DNA of 63,795 nucleotides, filler included, from Choristocarpus tenellus KU-1152 (lineage: Eukaryota; Protista; Phaeophyceae), in the NCBI GenBank assembly GCA_964200185.2. It is 4 parts of 4 records of this genome, joined end to end, with 100 filler letters (N's around TTAATTAATTAA, not from the genome) between each part and the next. Parts side by side here need not be neighbours in the genome. Positions count along the whole stretch, not along the records: positions 42,406 to 63,795 come from CAXNAD020000349.1; 3 more parts are not named here. One strand, given 5' to 3'. Made by a program: the position numbers and the translations under genes. Every line of letters begins with the position of its first letter. The first letter of the stretch is position 1. Below, in pieces: positions 47,488 to 58,329 of this stretch. The notes under the pieces were generated by a model. The model searched no databases. It worked only from the letters and a program-made list of their open reading frames with translations, and was not told the origin of the DNA.

Positions 47488-50470
47488 GGTGAGTATATCT
47501 AAGGTAAACTATTGTTATCGGTAGATGGGAATTGATCTGTCGCATTATCTGTTTCAGGCCACAAAGTGCGGGGGGCTGGAGCCAGCAGGGTCGGTCTTAA
47601 TGGTGTTGGAACCTGACTCCAACTCAACTGCACTACTGTTGAGCTCAGTTCTTGAACTCGGTGTATTGTGGTGTGCTACTACTAGTGTGGACTTCATTCA
47701 ACACCAAGGCGCCAAGTAGAACTTTGATGTGACTGGGTGAGGAATGTTGTCTGAGCTGGGTTGTACAAGGGACAGAGATCTGCCAAGCGCAAGCTGTGCC
47801 TCACTTTCTGACCCTGCACCGATGACGTGTCATGTTATGTAGTTGAAGCAAGAACTGTAATGTATCAGTGCATGAATTTATGGTTCCTTAATGGGTAGGC
47901 ACATGACCACTTGAGATATCCAGCTATCAACTATATACTGCTTATGAAGAAACTAATCGGCCCACCCATTTCAATGACAATTTGTTTCAACTCTTTGTTA
48001 CATGTAAACAGTGTATCACGTTACCGATAATAATAATGCTGTAGATTCCAACACATGAGGGATTCTCTGGAGCATTTTACCAGTTTGAGCCATGGGACTT
48101 GGATCAATGACTCACTACTACAGTCCAATCAGAAAACTCAAACGTGGAGTGCTGTTCTGGGAGACAACAACAATGTTCTTTGAAATATGGTTAATTCCTT
48201 GACCCATAAATCACCCGGTCACCTGGATCTTACCCCAACACTTTTATTTTGATTACTAGTTGAGGATGTCAGTGATGTGTTACTGACACAGTCCAACAGG
48301 TATTTAACAGGAGGAGAAATTCTCAATGGCGTATGTTGCATGCAGTGGATGAGAGGGAGTGAACTCCTCTGTTTTATCAGATAACTGGGTCCAATCAAGT
48401 ATTTTTGTCATAGTTGGCGGTCTCATGTCAGTGCAGGAAACTTGTTGACTAGTCAATGTGAAGGAAAATACAGCAAATGAAGGGGGACATGAGGTGTCCA
48501 CAATGAAAAGAGCCAGTTCACCAATAGCTACGGACAACTTGATTCTCAAGAGAAGATACAGACAAGCAAAAGGGTGAAACACAAGACCCTCAGTGTGGAA
48601 ACCTCTGTACCTTAACCTCGTACTCTGCAGAATATCTTAGGAAATATCCATGTCTTCATCTGAAACCTATCGCAGCAGCTGAGTTTTCATTGCAATAGTA
48701 ACACGTGACAGGGTGGGGACAGCAAAGCTCTTTTCAAAGACTTTAAAGGGAACTAACTAAGAGTACTGCACTTCTTCAAGCACGGTCAATACCCGCAACC
48801 TAGGTGCCTTCTCATATTTGGCCTTGAGGGGGGTGATGTGGTAACAGGTAACAATGCCGCTTGTTGTGGTTGTTTGGAGGCCATGCATGGAAAAGTGTTG
48901 GTCAAAATGTAAATAGCTTGTTTGGCAACAAGTTTTGTGTGCTCTGGACTCTCTTCCTCCCTTGGGTTTTCCCAATGTGAGCATCATACCTGTTGACATC
49001 TACTACTACTAGTCCACACTGTACCACCACTTCTTGAACTTGGTATGATATTTTCAAGTTGAGTCACCCTAAAAAGAAATTGTCAAGTATATGGAAGACA
49101 GAAGCTGAACTGAAAATTGGCCAGGTGAACTTAGATGTGCTTTGTCTGCTGTTGACTGAAGATCAGCAAATTTAAAGCTGGCTGAGCTTCTTCTGGGGGT
49201 TTGGATACAACATCCTAGTGACACCTTGCCTCAACAGTGTGCCTTCCCAAGTTCAGAATGCTTTAGAATATGCTTGAACTCTTGTATGCAAGAAAATATA
49301 CTGGGATAGAAGTCAAGGCTTGAAAGTAGTAGCACTGTTTTGCAGAATCAGAGGTCATTTGCATGGGCCCTTATTAGTATGATTTAGTAATATTACCAGT
49401 GAGTAGGAAACATGTATTGGGACTTGAGTCAGGAGTGTTCCAGTAATGCTCTTCTTGGTACTTGTTGAGTTGATGGTGGCACAGTAGACTGATAATGAGT
49501 GACAGCTGGATGAGGCCTCTATTTGACTGATGGAGCTCATTGAACATAGGGTATTAAACCAAGAAGGCTTGCAAGGTTTAAATGCTATATTATTACTGCA
49601 CACCATTGGGGTTAGGGCTGAAGGTTGAGATTGAGCAGGGGTCCATTAGCATACCCGGGAGGAGTTGTGTTTGTGCGATGTACCCTTGTACGACCAAGAA
49701 TGGCAATGTGATGGGCAAACCTTGCAGTAGGTTGAGGCAAAGTTGTAATAGTAGCTACATATTCATTGCCTGCGTCATGTTTGTCTCAGTTCTTCCTATA
49801 TATGTTGGGGCTTGAACTAAACAACCTCGTGGAAAAGAAAATACCTGAGAGTAACATTAAAGTGAATTCATTCTTCTCCTGCCACCAAAAAAAAATGCTA
49901 GGTGATTGTACATGCATGTAGCACATGTTGAAAAAGTAGCACTCTTACAATGGAGTCGGCACAGTGCGCTTGGGTTGTGTTGCTGATTCTGCTGCTTATT
50001 GTACTGCACACCACTAACTCCGCCCAGAACTTCTACCAAGAGAGGCATTTGGCACACTCTCAGTGGATGGAGGTGAAATTAGCAAGCAATGGAGGTGCAG
50101 TTTTCCACTGGAGTATTTTTTGCTAGACACTAGTGTCCATGAACTAAACACATTGCCGGGTCTTGAATGGAACCATTTTCTTTTCACGCCATGTATGTTT
50201 TACTCTGTTTCATTCTGTTCCTTTTATCCTCTGTGAGAGAGACATGTTCCCCAAAGGGGGACAGCATCCTTCATCAGCCTCTCTCCATACTAAATCTTGT
50301 ACTGCTGTGATAGGCACGGATCGATACAGTGGGCTCCCATATAATTCGACCTACACGCATTAGTGCATACATTCACAAGTGCGACCCTGAAACAAGCCAA
50401 TACAGTACTGCTGTTAATAGTTGGTGTTTGTCATTCCACCAAAAAGTTGCAAAATAGTCAACATAGGTGA

Positions 50471-50674
50471 GACATGATGTTATCAGGTTTGGCTTGTATG
50501 TATTACCAATCTCCGTCTTTACTAGAATTTCAAAGAAAGATGGAAAAGAAAGAACAATGTAATAATCTACGCAGTATGTTTACGGTTCAGAATTTACCGA
50601 CAGACCAAGGAATGCGGAATATAATAGATCAAGTTGATAGCGAAACAGCATTTCGTCCAATATTTAAGAAATGA
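50471..50674 (+). pseudogene. Fragment resembling the N-terminus of a bacterial DDE-type IS transposase
   Basis: DMMLSGLACMYYQSPSLLEFQR...NNLRSMFTVQNLPTDQGMRNIIDQVDS resembles, from memory, the SGxAxxxxQxPSLLxF...NLxxxFxVxxIPxDxxxRxxLD signature of bacterial transposases. AT-rich, intronless, truncated at both ends. Confidence 0.7.
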
Positions 50675-51295
50675 CACCAGGCAGAGCCGCAACACTTGAT
50701 ACTAATAAAAAAAAGATGGGAGAAAATACAACTCTCCCTAAGGCATCATTTATATTTTTCTGCACATATTTAATTTAACCTCCAGTCACAAAACGAAGCG
50801 GGCACCTACGCCTTCACCAGTACCGCCACAAAAATCATCAATACAAAAAAAAATCTCAAGGCTATTTTCTGAACTAGACTTGTATCTTGCATCCATCCTT
50901 GCTCAGCCTATCCGAACAACTACATTGCTAAGGCATTCTTGTCACAGCACTGCTACCCCTCACACAGAAAAATCAACAGCTGATACATGTGTATCATAAG
51001 TTGCTGTTCATGTTTCCTGCAGAGCCCTTGGAGAGGGCGCACTGACGGCTCTACGAGAGACTATTAAGATGGCAGGGATAATAGGATGGTCCTCACCAAG
51101 GAAGGCAGATAACTATGCAAGCAACATACACCCTCGATCACTCACCTTTCTCTAGTGTCTAAAAAGCAAGCTAAATCCTTAAGAAGACACACTTATCCAT
51201 CCAACGTGAAACCCTCCACCTGCATTCCTCCTCTCCTACCATCATCCACACACACCCTGATATTAGGTGTTAACCTTGTTTTCACCCATCCAAGA

Positions 51296-53900
51296 TCAGT
51301 AGTCCTTTAACAGGTCAATAATCCCATTGAATGCAACAAGCATAATGCCTCCTCCAGGCCCAAGCCTCACCAACCGCGGGCCAATGCCCCTGCGCAAGTC
51401 AAGAGCAGCGGGATGTGTAAGTGCGCAGTCGGTTCACATCCTAGTCCAAAAGATCAGTTAAATTGCAGTTTGAAATCAAATACTGCCTCGCCTTGTATCT
51501 ATTCTTGTCTTCAACTTCAAAGCACACACTGCAAACTGCACACTCTGTTACAGTTCCAAGTTCTCATTTGAGCCTATCCGCAACAAATATTCTCTGCGTG
51601 ACAAGCAGATTTCCAACAGATGGAATCGTGTTCATTAAAAAAAAAAAAAAATCGGGAAGCGCAGTACGTGGATGCGTGTTATCTCTGAGGGAATGTTCGT
51701 TCACAGCAGATGCACTAGATAGAGGCTTGACTTTTGCGCTCACTTGTAAGCTGCCTGGAGTCCCTCCTCCTTGATTACGGTGGTGAGGGATGGTAAAGTC
51801 CAGTTATACTTGAGCGGCTTACCCTCCACCCTCTCTTGCACCTGCATGCGCGACTTCACCTGTTGTTCACATGAACGTGCACAAAAAACGAAACGAAACT
51901 ACTTTGGTCGCAGTGATCTCAGTGCGCCGTAGTAGTGACGACAGACTCCATGAAGCACCATCCAAGACATTTTGTCAAAGCGGTGGTGGTTGAACAGTGT
52001 CAGTTGACTTTGAGCATTGCCTACAACAATCCTGATGGTGACCACCACCCCACACCAAAAGACTTGAGCAGACAAAGTGGACGATCTAAAAAAAAAAACT
52101 ATCATATGACCGAGGGGGTACTATGGCTCTCACAACCCGTATCCCTTAGCTTCCAGTACAAAGAAAATAAATATCAAGACTTCCTGTAGTACTTAGGATC
52201 TCCACTCCAGATTTTGGTTCAATTTTAGTTTCATGGATTGCTCACCACATCAAAAGGGGTGTTGGCCAAAGTAGCCAAGGTCCCTCCAAAAACCCCTGCA
52301 ATGAAGTCATAGCCACGCTTAGTGCCTTTGTCAGCACCAGGAGGGGCTGGCAGTAATGATCCCTTGATAGTACCAATCATGCCAAAGTAAACACCTGAAA
52401 ACGTTGGTAAGAATGGAGAATTGTTGGCACTTGCATGTAGTGGCACAACCACCACTCAGCCTATCCTGGTTGCAAATCAAATCTGACAGTTTGGGGGTTT
52501 TGCTCTGACATATCCAGGATATCTAGTTGGTTAGGGCATCCACGCAATCTGGACTAGGCTTATCTAAGCTCAGAACAGCTATGACATGGAGAAACTCAAA
52601 GATCTCCTGCACCAACAACAATGCGTAACTACATAATGAGGTCATGCAAGAACAAAGATCACTAGCAGCATCAGAAGAAACAAGAAGATGTACCCTAGGA
52701 ATACTCGTGCATGTAAAGACGACAATGTTGTTATGTACCATTCCACACAGCATTCCTCCAGAGATGTGATTCAACTCCCTTGTAGAGGCCAAATATGCCC
52801 TCGTTTTTCACTAGGTTGGTTGCACAGTGGAGTACTCCATTATAGCGCCCAACATTCTCCTTTGCCTGCATTTGCACCTTTATCACCTGACAGAAGGCAT
52901 TCATGTGGTGAAGCACCAAAGGGCAATGCAGGAGCAGATATTAGGTAAAGAAGGGTGGTGGCATGACCAACCACATTTCTTCCCATTTGATAAGGAGTGA
53001 AGGCCTACTGGTTAGCTAGCATTGCAAAAACAGAGCTACTTGACAAGCTATTCGTGTAACTATTTTCATAGTCGCTTGAACAGAAAATAACTACCCCTAT
53101 AAATTTTCTTCTTTCATTAACTCAGTTGCAACGCATTACGCACCACTGGAAAACCTGCGGCCTAACCACTCTTGGGCAAAGTCTTCTCACTAAACCTACC
53201 CTTGGGTGGCAATACAAACACGCTACACGCGGCATATTCCAACCTAACGAGCAAGGGTATGTTGTGGTCTACGTTAATATTTTCCTCACATCCTCCATAA
53301 GCTGTCCCTTCCTTGGCAACACGAGTTAACCATCACTCACCTCGAATGGGGTGTTGACTGAACACTCCGACATCCCAGCCAGCGAACCCGCAATAGCTGC
53401 TCGCAGTCCAGGAAGTGTTCCATCCTCTTTTCTTAGTGCCCCCTTGTATGTTTCATTGAGGCTAAACTTGGCGGCTCGTTTTGGTGCCTCTGCAAACACT
53501 GGGCTCATGACACCACGATAAAGGTTTTGCGGACCTTCGGTACGAACGATATCTTTCAAAATTGACATCATCGAGGATGTTTTCCCCCCAGAGAGCTGCT
53601 GTCTTGTCTTCGCCACCTGTGAAAAGGATAAAGCGGTAGAGTGGGATAGCCAGGATTCTTGGCAATTTCTTCGTGTCTTCAGGAGCTTAGCTTGTCAATC
53701 TCACCAGGAGCAAACCACAAGAGGAGGCTCGAGCGGTGCTTGCCTTCATCTTCTACCAAGAAGGGGTATCAGTAACTCACATCTGTTGGGTACATGCATA
53801 TGATCTCCATTACACCTGCTCCGCCGCCTGCCACAACACTCTTCCAGAATGGTGTGGGCACAGGTTGGGTAGAGACTTCTGGCTTCGTGGTGGTAGACAT
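51296..53900 (-). CDS. ODC: Mitochondrial carrier, 2-oxodicarboxylate carrier type (SLC25A21/ODC-like), complete, 6 exons
   Basis: Exons 53900-53781, 53616-53341, ~52886-52738, ~52394-52247, 51859-51744, 51389-51296. Three PxD/ExxK repeats (YPTDVAKTR, TPFEVIKVQ, TPFDVVKSR). ODC-type signatures AEAPKRAAKF, WRNAVWNG-VYFG and RLGPGGGIMLV; TGA at 51296. Confidence 0.93.
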
Positions 53901-54677
53901 GATGACTTGGGCCTGGATAGAGTCAAGCAGATGTTTGCACGCTGAATGGAAGGCTTGAGTGTCGAGAAAAAAAAACCAAGACTAGCGAGTGAACTCGATC
54001 TGAGGTGATGTGTCGGAAGGCGGGCAGTTTTCAAAAGTTGAGTGACTTAGGTGTGACGTTGCATTCCCTGTCCTTGAGGTGTCGCAATGTTGAAGCTTGC
54101 TCCACGAGTTAAGGATTGTAAGGCAACTCAACTCAAGCACAGGGGAAGTACGAACGATCTGACCACAAATCTGTTTCAAGGAGTGGCTGGATTGTGCATG
54201 GCAGGACAAAGGTAGTCAAGGAATAACAAAAGATGTACATGCAGTTGTGTAGAGGGATAGGGGATGGTCACTGCAAACGCCTCTCCAAGTTCCAAGACAT
54301 CCCTGCCATTACCTCGAAATGCATGCACAACATCTGAAACCTTGTTCCTCCTTATCTCTACGGAGAAGTAGTGCAGTTATCCTCGCACAAACTCTGAGAA
54401 AGGTAATTCATTATCTAGATCTCTCCAAACACGGTTCATCTTGCTCTCTGAAAGATAGTGGCGCACAGAAGACTGCATGACAAGCGTGCAACCAACAGTC
54501 CTTGATTGAACCACGATGTACCCACTTTTTCACGTCCTGACCTCGAGACTAAAGGAAAATACCCTCAAGTCATATGATATTTTTTTCCATGTACGTTTTG
54601 ACCTCACCCTTGATGCGTTTGCTGGTTGTGCATTATACACAGAAAGGGATTGGTTTCATCAGCGTCCATTATCAAGC

Positions 54678-55951
54678 ATGAGGATCTTCCTTGCGCTCTG
54701 TTGCGTACTACTGGCGCAAGGTGGGAGGGGTTTCATGGTTCCACTTCCTGTTCGAACTCCGAGTCTGGTTACTTCTCAGATGTCAGGTCGGATGGAGCCT
54801 GCCGTGAGTATGTCGACTAAGACCTCGCCCAAGTTCTCCATTCCACTGATGGACGATACACGGGTAACCATTGACTTCGATAAAGATCACTGCAAGAAAT
54901 TGGCCAGTGAGGTGAGCGAGGGATGATAATATTATAGATGTTAGACTCTCGACAACTATGTTTTCTAGTTCAGACTGGTTTCACCTCCCTGTTTCCGGTA
55001 CCAACCACTTGTCGAGGCAAATCTCTACACCTTCAACCTCGACCTGCTTGTAAACCCACCCAACTTACCACCCCGTTCCTAATCTTCATTGATACCACAT
55101 ATCTTTATTCGTGAATCGACTATGTCAGTTTTCCATCTATTTTCCCAATAATGAAGCATTTTCTTTGTACAGGTTTACACCCCACAAACTCCAGATTACA
55201 ATGGCTCTGCCTATGAATGAATGCATATCACGAATATAGTCGTGGTGAAAATGCCACTGGTCTACGACACAGTGCTTACTCTCGAAATATTCCCCTCAAA
55301 CAATCCCTTTGAAAGGTGAACAATATTCTGTCTGCTTTTAAGCGACTGAAGGAGAATGCTGCATCAGGAGGCAAGCCATACCGGGAGGAGGGTGTGGAAT
55401 ACCGAGACACAATCGGTGACCTCAACTTACTGGTAAGAGTTTCCGGATCAAAAAACATTTCTCTTTCTAATATGCTCTTGGAGGTTTCTCTGTGAAAGCC
55501 AATATATAGGGATATCTATATTTTGTTGACACCGGCCAAAAAAAGTTGCCCAAATCAGGCATCCCATTTGCCTAGTAATCTGGGACTTCCTTGTTCTAGG
55601 CTGAACCATTTGTATCCCCAACTCAGAAGACCCTGAACAGTATTCTCAGTGACTTTACCATTCTGCCTACACCAGGCCAAATGATGTTTGATATAACCTT
55701 GATAGTATGAGCTCCACAATGACGACCTTCCCTTTTCATCCTTTGCTGCATTTATGTGTTTTATTTGGAATTTGGTCCACTGCTTCTCTTGTCAGGTGGA
55801 GTGCAACCCCAACATATTCCCAGATCCTTTTAAGGCACAGGTGTTTGTAAGGGTGTGGGACGACAAAATGGAGGTTAGTAGTCAGGCAATGCTCACATCA
55901 ATCACTGATGCAATAAAGCAGTACATTGCTAAGGTTAAGGCAGAGGAGTAG
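54678..55951 (+). CDS. Plastid-targeted small conserved protein of cyanobacterial type (function unknown), 3 exons
   Basis: Exons 54678-54911, 55316-55432, 55796-55951, all phase 0. Signal peptide MRIFLALCCVLLAQGGRG-F plus a transit-like segment. C-terminal VECNPNIFPDPFKAQVFVRVWDD resembles a conserved cyanobacterial hypothetical family. Confidence 0.85.
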
Positions 55952-56507
55952 AGGTATGTACACCTTGCCAAGGAAAGAACTGGGGCATCTCAATGTTTTG
56001 TGGTATACATGGACAGAATGTGGGGAGCATACTATTGCCGTTCAGGAAGAACGGAAACTGCTTGGATACTCCTCGAATAACAAATAATATAAAAGGGAGT
56101 ACCTGTGGGGCAGAGTTTTGTAATTGTGGTTAGGTCTTGGGCATATGTTGCATGTCCTCTACTGATCTGCAAGGGTATCCAGAGTTGTAGTATTCCTTGA
56201 CTATTCTGAAGGGAAAGGTCCTTGTGACTAAGGTGGTTGTGCTAGAATACGATAGATTGTTTCACACCATAGTACAAGAGTAATTGGTTACACAACGGAC
56301 AAGTGCTTTTCTAATTTTTATTTTAGAACAAAAATAAACACACCACTTCCTACAGCCAAAAATAAAAGAGGGGAAAGCATCAATGGTGCTTGGGCATAAT
56401 TTCTGCAATTCAACAATGTCTTTCATAAAGGCTTACTACACTCCAAAGCTCTACAATATGTACAACAGGACCAGCATAACCTGGAGTTGATTAAGTGCCC
56501 TGTTTGA

Positions 56508-58115
56508 TCAGGACACCTCAGCTTCAAGCATATCCCAAATACACCCAGCAACACCAACAACTTGCAGTCGATTGTGTATGCCAACCACTTTCTCCATCAC
56601 CCCTGACACTTCTCCCTCTACGGTCTTCCATCCACTCTCAGCTGTCCCCTCAACAGAAGATGTACGGCCAATAGATCTTACGCACACTGTGGGTTCCTGA
56701 AGAACCAGCCTGGCAAGTTCCAAGGCCCTTGTAGTGTAACCTTCTGGTGACAAATTCCTCGCCTCCAACAACATTCGCTCCAAGGCAGTAATTACCCAAG
56801 CCTGCCCGCCAACAATGCCTGGGGGCAGAGCCTCATTGGTGGGGATAAAGTGAAGATGATGTAGTGAGGCATCCATTGATGTTGGTCTTGCACCACTTCC
56901 AATCCCAAGTTCCCCTCCCCCCTGGTCTTGAGACTCAGGCATGTTTCCCATGGGAGGGGTCCTTTCGTGCAAAGCCTGCACAAATCTTCTGTAAATGCTT
57001 ATATTATTCTCTTCGCCCTCCACATCTGGTGAGTCCTGGGATGCCATGCGAGAGCTTCTAGGGATGCCATTCTGTTGCTCCAAGTTCGACGGCCAGGAAG
57101 GGGAATTAACGGTTGAGGATGAGGTAGGGATAGGGCTGTTGACTAGTGGTGGCATAGGGCTATCATACTCAGACTGGGGAGTTTCTCCTTCCTTCGCTTG
57201 CACATGCTCTCCTTGGCTGATGAGCAACTGGGATGGCAGGCCAGGCAGCATGCCGGTTTGAGTTGGGGAGGTACACGATCCCCACGATCTTAGGTCCGCA
57301 TACCTCGCCGGCGTGCCGGACAGTGTAGGTTGGAGGGGAAAAATATTTTTTCGTGGCGAAGAAGTCACCGGGTCGTGTGAGTACAGATCAAGCTTACTAG
57401 GGGGAGGGAGCTTCGTTGGCGAGACTGCTCCTGGAATAGAACACTGCTGAGCTCCTAGTTCAGGGTGAAGTCGAGGCGACGACGGCTGCACCGACCGCTT
57501 GGAGTGAGCTTTCGGAGACTCGACAGCCGTTTGTATGTCGATAATATCCTTGGCACTGGGTTTTATGGGGTGCAACTTCACGTCTTCTGTCGCCGTTACC
57601 CCCGAACCTGGATAAGTGTTTGTCCTGGCATCCTCAATTGATACTCCAGTTCCAACATTGACATTCACCACAGCAGTAGATCTGTTATTATGTTCCTCAC
57701 TTCGATTATGCAGAGCACAATTAGAAACAGGGGTGTGATTTTTACCTCCATCACGAGGCGAAGAGCCTGTGTTTGTCGGCATTTCGCAGTCCATAGATGC
57801 CAAAGATCGTTGCTGGTCCAGGCGTGGCGCTTGAGTTTCAGCGTGATATCGGTCAAGATCTTCGCCAGTCATACCACTATACCACAGCATAGGTCGGGTG
57901 TATTGAGAAGGGTTTCTTGGTTGTCTTCCATCCCAGTCCCTATTTTCCTCACGGACAACCGCCTCTAGTGTGCCGTACAGTCTCTGAAAGAAGTCCATGC
58001 TATTGCAGCCCTTCTTGAACCTCTTGCTTGTGCTGAAGACATCCCATGTCATTGAAACCGCACCCGAGTCATTATCCGTATGTGGTGACAATGTACATGG
58101 CGTTTTTTTGTCCAT
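56508..58115 (-). CDS. Intronless 535-aa hypothetical protein, S/P-rich disordered centre with short putatively helical ends
   Basis: 1.6-kb uninterrupted ORF, far longer than the background ORFs. ATG lies 214 bp from the divergent APC5 start. Confidence 0.7.
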   Translation of the reverse strand: MDKKTPCTLSPHTDNDSGAVSMTWDVFSTSKRFKKGCNSMDFFQRLYGTLEAVVREENRDWDGRQPRNPSQYTRPMLWYSGMTGEDLDRYHAETQAPRLDQQRSLASMDCEMPTNTGSSPRDGGKNHTPVSNCALHNRSEEHNNRSTAVVNVNVGTGVSIEDARTNTYPGSGVTATEDVKLHPIKPSAKDIIDIQTAVESPKAHSKRSVQPSSPRLHPELGAQQCSIPGAVSPTKLPPPSKLDLYSHDPVTSSPRKNIFPLQPTLSGTPARYADLRSWGSCTSPTQTGMLPGLPSQLLISQGEHVQAKEGETPQSEYDSPMPPLVNSPIPTSSSTVNSPSWPSNLEQQNGIPRSSRMASQDSPDVEGEENNISIYRRFVQALHERTPPMGNMPESQDQGGGELGIGSGARPTSMDASLHHLHFIPTNEALPPGIVGGQAWVITALERMLLEARNLSPEGYTTRALELARLVLQEPTVCVRSIGRTSSVEGTAESGWKTVEGEVSGVMEKVVGIHNRLQVVGVAGCIWDMLEAEVS

Positions 58116-58329
58116 ACCCCGGCCATGTTACAGGACCACGACGTTCAAGACATTTGAACAGGAGGAAGTAGTTGTAAGTTTCTGATGTTGGCGGTTTCTA
58201 CATATCTGGAAGGCATGTTCATATATATGTATCATATTTGATGTATGTATAGATTTGTGTAATTGGGTACGGACTGAGACAGGTTGAGAAGGACTGCCCA
58301 ACGCTTGCCTCTAGGCAACCCTATTTGAA

